From Ramazzottius varieornatus (lineage: Eukaryota; Animalia; Tardigrada): a stretch of 64,000 nt of DNA. Made by a program: the position numbers and the translations under genes. The stretch lies in the NCBI GenBank assembly GCA_001949185.1, contig BDGG01000011.1, positions 1,598,597 to 1,662,596 on the forward strand, written 5' to 3'. Under the pieces are notes generated by a model that made no database searches, had not been told where the DNA came from, and saw nothing but the letters and a program-made list of their open reading frames with translations. The stretch's first letter is position 1. Every line of letters starts with the position of its first letter. Positions 12,540 to 24,700 of this stretch are shown here, piece after piece.

Positions 12540-12686
12540 TGTCCTTGTGAATACAAGTTACATACCGCTGTACATTCGAGCCCCGATGTCCAAACACTGC
12601 ATTCCTGGGAGCAATGTCCTTGTGAATACAAGGTACATACCGTTGTACATGTGGGCCCCGATGTTCAAACTCTGCATTTCTGAGAG
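12540..12686. repeat. Diverged tandem duplication of about 75 bp
   Basis: tgtccttgtgaatacaag.tacataccg.tgtacat...gccccgatgt.caaac.ctgcatt occurs twice in direct orientation. Confidence 0.8.
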
Positions 12687-12924
12687 TAACATCAACAATT
12701 CGAAGCTCTCGATCGAAAAATCTCTTCCGCTAACTTTTTCGCACTCTCCCGTTCCCAACATCCTTCTGGATGAAGTTTTTCTATACGTTTGTAAGATCAT
12801 ACGTGTGAAGTTTGGAGTGATTCTGATGAGCATCGTGCTCCCTGGTAGCTCTGTAAAATTACTGTTTCGTCCCTTCTATCAATCAACGCATTGTTTGTGG
12901 AGCAACTGCTGCCTGCCATCACGC

Positions 12925-14412
12925 GACATGTCTACCACCACCGATGGAGCCTTCGTCGATGCCGTCTATCTCGATTACGAGAAGCATTCGATCGTGCTGA
13001 TCACGAGCCTGTGGTGGCTGCATTACGTGAGTTTGATTTTTAAACGGTGTCTTTGAATTTCATTTTAGATCATCTCAAAGGAAGACTGCAGGTGACCCTC
13101 GTGGATGGATCGCGCTCGGATCAAGTACCAGTTACCAGCGGCGTCCCGCAGGGCTCGCTCCTGGGTCCTCTCCTTTTCCTGTGCCTTATCAACAGTGAGG
13201 TTGGATGCCTGTCGCCGGGTACCCGGATTCTAATCTTCGCTGATGACATCATGCTTTACCGGACTATCCTAGGTCCTGATGACGACGTGGCCTTCCAGCA
13301 AGATCTACAAAAAGTCCACCAATGGTCCTCCAAAGTCAAGCTAACGTTCAATGAGTCGAAATCGTGTTTGTTCGCTTCCAACAGAGAAAGACACCGGAAG
13401 CCCCAGATTACCTTCTCGGAACAGCCATCATCCCGAGGAAAAACACCGTCAAGTACTTGGGCGTCTTCCTCAACCACAAGCTGAACTAGAAAGACCACAT
13501 TGCCAAGCTGACCATGAAAGCGAAGAAACGAATCCGTTACATCCAGTTCCTCTTCAGCAAGAAATGTCAGTGAGCCCGAATCACCCTCTTTAAGAGCCTC
13601 GTCCTTCCACTGGTCGACTATTGCAGTACCGTATACAATCCTCGCCTCAAAGGCCTCGTCAACGCCCTCGAAGACTGTCAGCGACTCTTCCTCCGTTCGA
13701 TCAACCTCGGACCTACATTGGAGGACACCTCGACCGAAAGTTACTGTCATCGCCCTCGACAGCTGGGTTTGGAGCCTTTGTTTCTGAAAAGAATTAAATC
13801 CTCCCTTATCCTGGCTTACAAGATGGTGTCTAGCCTTGTTCCAGGAAGCTCTCCTTTTTTTCCGCCTCATTCTGCAGCTACTGCCGTTTTCTCCGTTCCA
13901 GGTGGCACGCGAGCAGCTACAGCGCTCCGTGCTCACCCATTCCAGCTTCAACTGGCTGGACCTCAGGACGATGGATGGACCGCCGGAAGCTCGGAAAAGT
14001 CATTCAACTTCCTCATCTCCCAAATCTGGAAAAATCTCCCGCTCGATGCCGCTGCCTACGGAACCCTCTCAAGCTTTTCTTCAGCTATGGAAAATGTTCG
14101 GTTATCGAGTTTTTGAATCGAAAATAGAGTTTTTGAGAACTTTACTGGGTAAATACAGTTCTTTTATTTCCGCTGACGGGCTCCGTCACAGTGTAGAACC
14201 CGGTCAGTGAAGGCCTTTCCCCTCGGTTCGCTGTCAAGAGTTTAGCAAGTAGACTTTAAACTTCAGCACCACGCTGAGTTTTCCTTGTCGCCATTTGTCG
14301 TCTGATTATTTTCCTGTTTTAACATCTGGATTCTTTTGATCGGGTCGCGAACGGTAGCAGACACTTTGTCTGGTTGTTCCTCGACGTTAAACCCAATAAA
14401 ATCAACTCAACA
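12925..14412 (+). mobile_element. 5'-truncated, frameshifted non-LTR retrotransposon (LINE, CR1/L2/Jockey-like RT)
   Basis: RT motifs VDAVYLDY.K.FD, SGVPQGSLLGPLLFL, IFADD and KYLGV are split across frames. The 3' end has aataaa followed by an atcaactcaa tail. Confidence 0.88.
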
Positions 14413-15156
14413 ATGACTGGTAGCAATCAATTGTGGTAGTAATGAAGGATCCGTAGTACTATGGTAACAACGCATCCCAACAATCAAATCACAATATTGT
14501 TATTGTTGTTTTACCGAGACCGTCCCATAAGGGAGCATACCAGTATGACATAAGCATCCGATATTAGGAGCCTGTACCCCCTACCCCCTCTCCGCAAGCA
14601 CATTCAGGCAATCAACTGGCTTTCATCTAACGGGCGTAAGATTTGGGATACCACCACCCCCCTGCTCCTTGCTCACGTAATACTCGTATGCTCTCTAATC
14701 AAAAGTTTGTTCCATCCGATACAGGCCGCTACAGCCCTGCTCTCGTCTATAGTTTGGCCGGGACGGTTTTGCAATCGAGAGGTCGGGACAGACACAATCC
14801 CCTTGTCAGTGTTTTAGGTGGTAGCGATGTGGCCCGAACGGGCTGTACTGCGTCGAGTCATATGTGTAGGAGCTGGAAAGTGCTTTTCACCGTGGTAGTG
14901 CTGACCGACTACAAAAAAGCCGAAGGAACGAGAACTGCAGTATGAAGTAAGACTGGCAGCAGTGACGTTTTTACTTTTCTAAACTTCGAAATTAAGGTAG
15001 CTTTCTGTAGCAAAGGTTCTATTCTAACCGTTAGAATATGTTTACAATTCGACGCGTAATGGCCGATTTGGGAGCTTCACGGTTAAAACGTTGAGTGCAC
15101 AAGTCCGGAGGTCCTCTGCGCTCAAGGGAAAAAGTGAGGTGCGCCGTAGATAACAT

Positions 15157-16313
15157 TCAAGAAGCGGTGGTGTTTCGGGACTGAAGACTCTTTCGCTGGT
15201 TTTGGGAGGTGCTTGCCTCGGCACCTGTTCCGGACGGAGCCACCTGGCCCGGACGCCTGGGCGCAGAGCGATGGATCAGTGACAGAAAGCTCCTGCGATA
15301 TGCCGGACTAATCCAGAAGTATATCAGCTGCAAAGGTGTGACAGCTCAATTACCAGTACTTTTGTCCCATCTGTTCGGTTGGTACTTACCGGGTTTACGG
15401 CGTACAAAATCCCGGGGGTGATACCGCATAAGTTGGTCAACAAAGTGTGGGCGCGAATGTCCTCAGCCGGAACTGAGGAGCTGATAAGGAGGGGGAGGGA
15501 GCATATCACGTTCCAGATGAGAGAGACCAGCAGTGCCTTCACAAAGACCAAGCGGCGGTCGATCAGTCGCTTCAACCTAGCCGCTTCGCCCGCATTGCGA
15601 GGTGGGTTATGCTTCTTCACGTAAGCGGTGCTGAAAATGACTACACACGCTACGAAAATGAAAAAGTACGGAACAGGAATGGATAAGGACACGCAGAAAT
15701 TTCCCAAAAAGTTTGTAGTTTTTATTGAACAAAATGTGCTGTTTGGTCCCATGGTCACAAACGTCAGCCCAGTTTCTGTGCCTATGATGGATGCCGCGAA
15801 GACACTGACGGCCCAACCAGCCACGATCAGGGACCACGTGGTCTTGTAGCCGCGGAAGGAGTCATAGTAGTGAGGAAAGCATATGGCAACGCTTCGGTTG
15901 ACACACAGAAAGACATCGGCCCAGCTGATGGCCGTCACGAAGAAGATGCTGGGAGCAACACTGATGCAGGGTGAAGAGAAGTGCTGCGGTAATGTCCATT
16001 CTTGGGCGATGTACATCGGGAATATACTGATGCAGAACAGGAAGCCGCAAAAGGCCAAATTACCAATCAAGAGTCGTGGACCTCCTTTGGATGTCTTGTC
16101 GGCGTAAACAGCCAGGACAAAGGCAAAGTTGGACAGGACCGCCAGAGCGCGAAAAACGATAAACATGGACAACCAGTCCGTCGTTAGAAGTAACGGTAGA
16201 CTGGGCCCTCGAATGGATGTGGAATCATTCGAGCCGGTGTGGTTGTCATAGCTGTTGTTCACGCAAAGGTCGAAAGCTGAGTGCGTACAGTTGAAGTTGT
16301 CCAGTCGAGCCAT
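15157..16313 (-). CDS. Orphan rhodopsin-class GPCR, paralog C, 2 coding exons
   Basis: Exons 16313-15390 and 15327-15157. Same motifs (GNLA, CVNRSVAICFP, CSLP, NP|LIY) and same intron position as copies A and B, but more divergent. Confidence 0.88.
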
Positions 16314-16789
16314 TGTCAGTTTGGTGTGTGGCACAAAGCTCACGGTTACTACAGTGGCTCGATGGTCACAGCAAAAACGTTACAACCTGCCGATATCAAA
16401 TTGAAGCCAAAGAAACCCTTTTAAAGACCAAAGCTTACGCATAAGGAAGAGTCGCTGCCAAAAGGGCATCTTAATGTGGGGTGCTCTTGCAACGAACATC
16501 GATGAAACTTAGTTAATGGGCGCAGTAGCATGGACAGGTGCTACAGTTGCACGATCGTCGGATTAAACTGTATGGAGTTCGAGGTGAGGCCAACTATTGG
16601 CTTTCTCGATGTATCCAAAAGAAATAATTAGAGTGTCAGGACGATCTTACCGATGAGGGCCGTAATCTCTATGCATGTTTTTGCTTTCTTCTGCAGGGTG
16701 TGTTACAACTTCAGCTTTAACGGTGAAATTATAGATTTGTACACAAATGCTGTATAACTACAGCCAGTCATGCACAGCTGTATCGAACC

Positions 16790-18113
16790 TTTACATCTGT
16801 GCATGATTTGCTGATTGGCTCGACTTTTCCGACGGTCTTCAAATAATTTCTCCATAAAATTCTCTCTTCAAGTCATCGCGGGAATTTTGCCCCGGACTGC
16901 CTCTGCCTATCTTTGGAGCTTATCTTTCTGTTCCCTGAGTCCTGTCTTGCGGAGCTTTCTTCCTACTGACTGCGGGAAGGAAGTTTTAAGGTATCGAATT
17001 AGAGAACATCTAATCGGCTGACCCAGATGTTGATGGAAATTGTTACCTACAACTACAGTCCAGTCGCTCGAGAAGTGTACATCGTTCTTCGATTTTGATT
17101 TACCACCAGTCAAACATTCACCGCATAGCTTGCCAGAAACCAAAGTAAGTGACGTCAACAGACTACGGCCAATCCATCCGAACAAAAATCAACTACTTTT
17201 TTTCTACCATATGGAACGCACCAGCTTTGCGAAAGCAGTTTCGTATGGTCGAACCGTTGACTTCTGACCATGCCTTCACAATCCATTCGACCGAATGCAG
17301 AATTGTCAGGGGCATTTTATACTCCTCGAGATTCTGAACGGCTTTGGCAGCGCTTTCATGTGCCTGGAAGGCCTCGATAATTCCTTGATCGAGAGGCTGG
17401 ATCCTGCTAGTTTGTTTAGGAGGCAAGAAAACGAGCTTCACATGAGATAGACCATTGACCTTATGGCCCGAAGTCTTGTCTAGCAAGAGCAAGATTTTAC
17501 GCTTCTGTTTTTTTTCTTTTTCTCGTTCAGCTCTTTCAGCCAAGGAGTAAAGACGGCCCTCGTCATCCAGGCTTTCTTGTTATTCGCATACGTAAAGCCT
17601 GGTTTCTTGAAGTCTAGCTTTACCTTAGTGAAGGCACGCGGCTTTTTGGATCGCCCTATGACAAGGGGAGGAAGCTTTTCTCCGGTTGCACTGCAGCAGA
17701 GCCTGACCGATATCCGCTCCGTCACTTTTTTTCCGCCTTTTATCCTTTGTCCGAACTTAAGGAGAGTCTTTCGAGGCGTGTAGCGACAGTAGCTTCCGGT
17801 TTCATCACAGTTAAAAATATCCGCGTACTTATACTTCTGGAGGATTTCAGTCGACTTGTTCTGTATCCAGCCTTCCCCGACTTCGGGATCGCTTTCCGCT
17901 TCTTCACCTGCAAGTAATTCCAAACTAACACAAAACTTCAGAGAAGTTAGTTTGATGGTTAGAATTTCACCTTTCAAAACCACTGTCTGAAGCTGGTTTC
18001 TTTTGAGAACTCCAGAAACCCATCCTTGACTACCTTTAAAGTTTTCTGTATACAAGTTGCCAGCTGCGAGTCGCGCCTTCTCCTTCAGATCAGTGAAAGA
18101 CAAGTGAAAGACA
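16790..18113 (-). mobile_element. Decayed pogo/Tigger-like transposase (CENP-B HTH + DDE_1)
   Basis: FKGSQGWV, DIFNCDETG, KILLLLD and VFLPP.QTS.IQPLDQGII. Frameshift at an A-run near 17510. In-frame 63-nt GT-AG intron at 17908-17970. The left boundary is approximate. Confidence 0.85.
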
Positions 18114-18406
18114 AGAGTTCGGAAGTCATAGTCCATTGACCGCTACAGTGCGCCGCGATCACGTGAAAGTTTCTTGATTGCAGTTCGATTGACCACAAAA
18201 CGATCAGCTGATCGCCTGTACCCTTGACTTTGCACCTCACCACATGCTTGAATACGCTATAAATACACAAAAGCCAGCCATCCGCTGCACAGTCAACCGT
18301 GCAGGCGATCAGCTGATCGTCTTGTGATCAATCAAACTGCAATCAAGAAACTTTCACGTCATCGCGGCACACTGTAGCGGTCAATGGACTATGACTTCCG
18401 AACTCT
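18114..18406. mobile_element. Fold-back element with inverted arms of about 120 bp
   Basis: agagttcggaagtcatagtccattgaccgctacagtg... / ...cactgtagcggtcaatggactatgacttccgaactct. No TSD seen. Confidence 0.8.
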
Positions 18407-18692
18407 CTAGTTTATTCCAGGAACGGAATGATGACTAGATTTTCGGCTCAGACGACAGAGGAAACTCTTTTCTATCGACCTGGAATGCTGGTTTGAGGAT
18501 CGGAAGCGGCGGACTGGAAAAATCCCCTCGTCAGCTTCCTCGCTAGTACCCTGTGGGCCTTGTGTTTTCCCTTGTTTGCACTTATATATCCCACTCGTCA
18601 GCTCTTTTCGACAGAACACGTTGAAGGTCGTCACTAATAGCTCGGAAGGGTTAACTAGTGGTCTCCAGCTTGGGCAACTCTCACCGATAACC

Positions 18693-19931
18693 ATGGCGGT
18701 TACCCATGAGACCATCACCGTCGGTTGTTTATCCCTAAACCTGACCCGATTTGACCATTCTGACAACAGCAACCAATGCTTCAGTGGTGGCAACTGCTCG
18801 ACTGCAGAGATACGAAGTGGCAGCTTGACCACCGACTGGCTGTCGGCCCACATTTTCTTGCGCAGCGTGGCCATCTGCACTAACTTGGCCTTCGTTCTGG
18901 CCGTCTACGCCGACAAAACGTCCAAAGGCGGCCCGCGCTTGTTGATCGGTAACTTGGCTATGTGCAGTTTCCTCTACTGCATTACTATTCTCCCCATCTA
19001 CACTCTGCAAGAATGGCTGCCCCCAGGAGAAATGCCCTCCTCATGCACAATCATCGCTCCCACCATGTTCTTCATGGCTGCCATCAGTTGGGCCGATGTG
19101 TCATTGTCGGTCAACCGTACAGTAGCCATTTGCTTTCCTCTGCGCTACAACAATTTCCGCGGCTACAAAATCACCTGCGCACTGATTGCCGCCAGCTGGG
19201 TTATCAGTGTCTTTGTACCAGCGGTCATCGGTAGCGGTACCGGTGTGAACTATGTGGTGGTGATGCTGTCCAGCAACAGCTCCTTCTGTACCATCAGCAC
19301 CACGAACAATCTGGGGGCTTTTAGCGTCGGCTTGTGTATCCCTATACCCTATGCTTTCATTGGTATGGCCTCAATGGCCATCTACAGTACGGCCTATGTT
19401 CGGATGAGAAATCCACCGGCCAACGCTGGCGAGGCAGCTAGAGTGAAACGGATGATCAACAAGCGACTAGTTATCGTCAAGGCCATGTTGGTATCGCTGC
19501 TCTGGAATGTCGTCTGTTCGACTCCTGTTTTGCTGACCACTTCGGTACCTGCTGACGATATTCGCAACCAAACCTTAATCAACAACTTGAACGCCTTGAT
19601 ACCGGGACTATTGTATGCACTCAATCCAGTAAGTCGGCAGCAGGCCATACACTCGTTACTCTGAAGTGAACCGGAAACCCAGCCCTGTACTTTGATGGCT
19701 TTTCTTCTTCTGTTGCAGCTGATCTACTTTTGGATTAGCCCAGCTTACCGACAAAGTTTCCTGTCGCTTACTCGTTGCCCGCAGCAGAAGAAGACTGCAA
19801 AGGTAGCCCCATCCGCAACCGCTGGAACGTCGTCACAAAACCAGGGCGCAAGTGTTCAATCTCGAGTCACTTCTGTAATGAAGTCAGGCAAAGTAGATAC
19901 GAAGGTGTGGATTAATTCAGTGCGGAAGTAG
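18693..19931 (+). CDS. Orphan rhodopsin-class GPCR, copy B (inverted duplicate of copy A), 2 coding exons
   Basis: Exons 18693-19628 and 19719-19931. Only about a dozen amino-acid differences from copy A in exon 1. NP|LIY spans the intron. Confidence 0.88.
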
Positions 19932-20030
19932 ATTCGGAAAATTCTACCTCTCCGAGTTGAATCCATGTTTTGCTCTTGATGATATTGATGCCAAGAATGT
20001 ATTCTGCAACTGCACACAGTTTTCTCGATA

Positions 20031-20426
20031 CGAGGTAAACGTCACAATTCGGGCGTAGTGATTTTCCCGTCACAATTCGGGCGATGCTGCGGTATGGGAT
20101 GGCAGCACATGTCACGTTTGAATTACAGCTATCGCGTAAAGCGACAACAGCGCCTCTCTCGGCCTCTGTTGAGTTTTTTTCCAGGCTTTTTAGCATTACA
20201 GCAACACTCCTTTTTTCCGAGCATTGTATCTTCAAGATCTAGGCTGTGCTTGTGCTCAGATCCATTTGGCTAGATAGGGAAGATCTTTTCCCACAAGATA
20301 GCATTGAAAAAACCGGATCGAGCCACGAGGTACGAAATTCTAGACCGCCCGAATTGTGACGGGAAAATCACTACGCCCGAATTGTGACGGGAAAATCACT
20401 ACGCCCGAATTGTGAAGTTTACCTCG
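20031..20426. mobile_element. mariner-type MITE inserted 3' of GPCR copy B
   Basis: TIRs cgaggtaaac / gtttacctcg with TA TSD. The paralogous site downstream of copy A is empty (ctcgaTAgggcg). Subterminal 28-bp repeats cgcccgaattgtgacgggaaaatcacta. Confidence 0.92.
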
Positions 20427-20579
20427 TAGGGCAAATGTCAAGTGGAAATGTCATAGTGAACTATGTGGTGGCGATGCTGTCCAGCAGGGGGAGGGGGCGC
20501 TCCGAAGATCGCAGTGCAGTCCGGTCGCTCGAAATGTGTTCATGCAAGACGGGAAATTATGGTACACGCACGACGGGTA

Positions 20580-20785
20580 CTGTATTCCCTCTAAGGTTTC
20601 GCGCAGTCACGTGACAGCTCAATAAATATTGCGTGGTGGGGATAAAAGCTTCACTGCCAACAATCAAAAATTCCTAGCCAATCAAGTGCAGCAATGTGCT
20701 GCAATCAAACAATCAGTGGTATGAGGTCCCGGGTGTAATTCACTTGTCTGTCGCGTGACTGCGCGAAACCTTAAAGGGAATGCAG
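20580..20785. mobile_element. Tc1/pogo-type MITE
   Basis: TIRs ctgtattccctctaaggtttcgcgcagtcacg / cgtgactgcgcgaaaccttaaagggaatgcag, with TA flanks. Confidence 0.85.
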
Positions 20786-21480
20786 TAATCATGGACAGCA
20801 GAAATTATGGGACCAGGCCTTTTCGCTCCGGTGGTACGGAAGCAGTTCCGTACACGACCGATTCACACTAACGTACTTTTCATCACTTTCCTACAGTTAA
20901 ATTTCCATTTTACCGTCCTTTCCGCCTGTCCCACGACCTTCACTGTCTCATAATTACCCGTAGTGCGCGTACACAAGTGGCAGTTGATCGTCCCGCTCGG
21001 ATTTCTTTCGCGATTTCGGTGGTGACATCTCTCACAGTAACCGCCTTTTATACGTTCTGACTGGGCCACGTTTTCATCTCTTACAGATCGCTGGTGAAAT
21101 ACACACCACCTACCGGGAGCACGGTTGTCCTGGGGAGGGGTGACGGACAGGTGGCAGCCGGATTTGTTCAAGTTCATATCCTTCGGCAGCTGCTGTCACG
21201 CACGACTAACCCTTATACCACCGTTATAAGATAAACCACAAGTGACCGCTTCATACCCTTGTCCGAGCTCACGTATATTGTCATCTTCCCTAGCGATCAT
21301 TAGTGCCAAGTTTGATATCAAACTAATTAAGCTCTGTTTCATCTGCCCATGGGTGGTACTTTTGGCCTGCTGGCCACTTCGCCGTTCTTCATTTGTGGAA
21401 TCTTCAACGGCCATAGATCTTGGATCAGTGTCTGCTACATCTTGGCCGTTTCGGCAAGATGAAATGAGCTCTTGATCATC

Positions 21481-21622
21481 NNNNNNNNNNNNNNNNNNNN
21501 NNNNNNNNNNNNNNNNNNNNNNNNNNNNNNNNNNNNNNNNNNNNNNNNNNNNNNNNNNNNNNNNNNNNNNNNNNNNNNNNNNNNNNNNNNNNNNNNNNNN
21601 NNNNNNNNNNNNNNNNNNNNNN
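21481..21622. other. Assembly gap (N run)
   Basis: Run of N. Confidence 1.
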
Positions 21623-21764
21623 CCATGGGCAGATGAAACGGAGCCTTGTTCTTTCGGCATTTGATCTGACGATTTCGCCAAATAAATACCGCTGTTATGT
21701 CTTGACGTTTTCACCAAATTTGGTAAGCACAAATGAAATGTCAAATCTGGCACTTTTACCAGAT

Positions 21765-24700
21765 CTGATTGTTTTTTAAAGAGGACCTGTTCAGGAATTG
21801 AACCCGCTGCCTCAAAACTCCTTGCGGACGAGCATCTGCCGAGCCACTGTTCTCAGAACGTTGAGTAAGTCAGAATCTTTCACCTGTGATCCGATAATAA
21901 TAGTACTAACCTTTATTTCGCTCGAATGCTCGCCAGGCATAGCGCTATATGAGCAAAATTGGACAAAGGAGGCAAAAGAGCCGGAGAAAAGCGATAACGA
22001 AAACATATCTTCTCCTTCTTTCAAAACAAAGCTTCAAACTAGCGAAACCGCATCAGTCTGATTTCTGCACTACTTAGGACCCGAGAAGTCCAGTTTACCG
22101 ACATAAGTTCTAAATGTTCCAAAGCTTTCTAGTTCTAATGCAGAAGGACTAAACAAAGAAACTTTGAGTAAGGCTTCCGCAATGTATGCGAAGGAAGCGA
22201 TGGTGGAGTCGAGGAGAGAACGCGAGGAAGGAGCCGTTGAGACTGGACGCATCATCATGGTTCGGCCTTGCATTCTGGTTCACATGTTCTGGCTCGGCTG
22301 GACAATCTTCATTAGCTGCTCTCCGTTTGCGAAGTTCCCTTTCCAGATCTTGAAAGCATTTACCAGGATGTGCTTGTACCGCCGATGCCACAATGGTTTC
22401 CAGCCGACTTCTCGAAGGTGCTGTTGGTATCGCCGCAAGTTCGAGTCGTGGCTGGGATTTTCTTTGTCGACCGGGCTAAGACGAATGCTTCGGAGGAATT
22501 TCTTTTAGAGCGACTCCAGCTGCTTCTGTAGGTCTTGGCAGAGAAGAACCAGGAAGAAGACGCGTGGTCGACAACTGATCTTACCAGAATGGTGCAGAGA
22601 AGCTGCTTCGCTGCTCCGTAGCGCGTTGGAAAGAGGCTGTTGATGGCGTGAAATCTTCGCCTACACCTTGCCGTAACTTTGTCCACCTGCGCTGTCCAGT
22701 CCGCCTTGCTCGAGAACTTGACACCCGAACATTCTGCTTCGCTCACCAAGGAAATCTTCTTACCGCCAATCATGTAGCTACCGCCAGGACCCTCGACCTT
22801 CTTTATCTTGTTTGAGACACGGAAGTGTTGGGACTTCTCAGGATTCAACTCAAGGCCAGTTGCCTCACACCATACTTTGAGTCCGTTCAGATCTTGCTGA
22901 AGTAGTCTACAGTCTTCTTCGCCTTTGATGTATCGCCATAACACTATGTTAACGGAGTCAACGTAACTCGTTCAGACAGCGGTCGTTCTTCCTGCAAGTT
23001 CAGTGTTACTCGACAAGTGCTCGGCTCTGTTCCGACAGACCACGAGACTCACGCCTGTGACTGCAGGTATTCCCCAAAAAAAGAGGCTCACTAGTCTAGG
23101 CTTCGCTGGACGAGGGTCTTTCACCCCGACTCACGACCAATCCAGGCCAGAAGGTCAAACACTTCGAGGCCTGGCAATCTAGCCCTAGCAAGGAACAGGA
23201 GGAATCAAGCCGGAAGTTGATCGGACTACTACACTATCCTCAACAAGCCTCTCAGAGATGCCACCAGCAAGCTCACGAGGGAACATTCAGACCATGTNNN
23301 NNNNNNNNNNNNNNNNNNNNNNNNNNNNNNNNNNNNNNNNNNNNNNNTACTGATGACACGAGGGCCAGTAGACTCAAAAGAATTGAATGGTCCATACGGG
23401 TTCAACAATGGCTCCACGCATTCCAGAATATCTGTGGACCCCGGAAGTGGTCATCTGCCATTCTTCCCCATACTTTGCAGAGAGCCAAGAGTCTCAGCTA
23501 TCTTGTGAAAGTGCTGATATCGTGATCGGCGACTAACATGGTCTGAATGTTCACTCGTCAGGGCCCAAAGGGAACACGGAAACAGGGTGCAACACCGGGA
23601 AGATATTACATTCGAACAATCAACATGAGCCAATCAAGAGCAAGACCATTAGGTACAAGCGAAATAGAGAACTGACTTGTGTAAGCATTGACACGATGCC
23701 TTGCAAGGCATCCACAGCTGGGAAGCTGGGAATGCCCAGAGGCGCTCCTGTGACAAGCTTACCTGACATGACATGACTTGACATAATACCGAGAGTCGCC
23801 ACAGGCACTCCGGTAACAACTATGTCGTCCACGTACTGCATAACGAAGCACCGGAGTCCCTTTGCCAGGTTGTTGACGGCGATGATGAACAGGACTGAAC
23901 CGAGATTTGAGCCTTGAGGAACACCAGACGGCACGCCACGCTCACAGGAAAATGGCCATTGATGACGACTCTCTGACCTCTGCCTCGCAGGTAATCGGAC
24001 AAGAGAACTTTCAGCTCACTTTTGACTCCATGGCTTGACAGACGGACGATGATGATGGAATGGGAAATCTTGTCAACGGCTTTCGAGCAATCCAGGAACA
24101 CAGCATCCTTTTCTTCTCTTCGCAGCAACGGTTGGGTGTATTGGTGAGCCATGTGGAGCAACTGCATCTCCGTTGCTCTGTCGTCAAAATCCAAACTGCG
24201 AACCTAAAAGTAAACCATCTTCATCCAAATAGTCAGTTAAATGGCTAGCCACAATCTTCTCGAACAGTTTGGAGATGGGTGAGACAAGCGAAATCGGTCG
24301 GAACTGCGAGCTGCCTTTCTTCGGTATTGGAACGACGTTCGCCTGCTTCCATGCTGTTGGATACTGGCCTTGGCTGACTATCAGGTTGAAGATTCTGAAT
24401 AGAGGATACAGGATGGACGTTCCAGCTATTTTTAATAGTCGGTTGGTGATGAGGAAAGAACCGGGGGATTTGAAAGAGTCGAGGCGCTGTAGCTGTACAA
24501 GCATGATCGGAGTCGTAAAGCGTAGTGGTGGGCAGTGCAGTGTTTCAGAGGGCAGGATACGGATCGGCTCGCCATGCTGTGGACGGCTCGGGGATTTGGA
24601 CAGGACGATGTTGCGATGGCGCGAAGACGACGGGGCTTGTCTGACCGGATGATCCTCTTCTTGCTAGCTTCAAGTTCCTTCCAACGTAAGAAATCTGCCT

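Noticed and set aside
10065-19648. Many antisense or alternate-frame ORFs overlapping the GPCR, LINE and pogo sequences
   Set aside because: They are shadows of real coding sequence, and their duplication simply follows the gene duplication.
21196-23525. ORFs spanning N runs
   Set aside because: They are artefacts of translating through assembly gaps.
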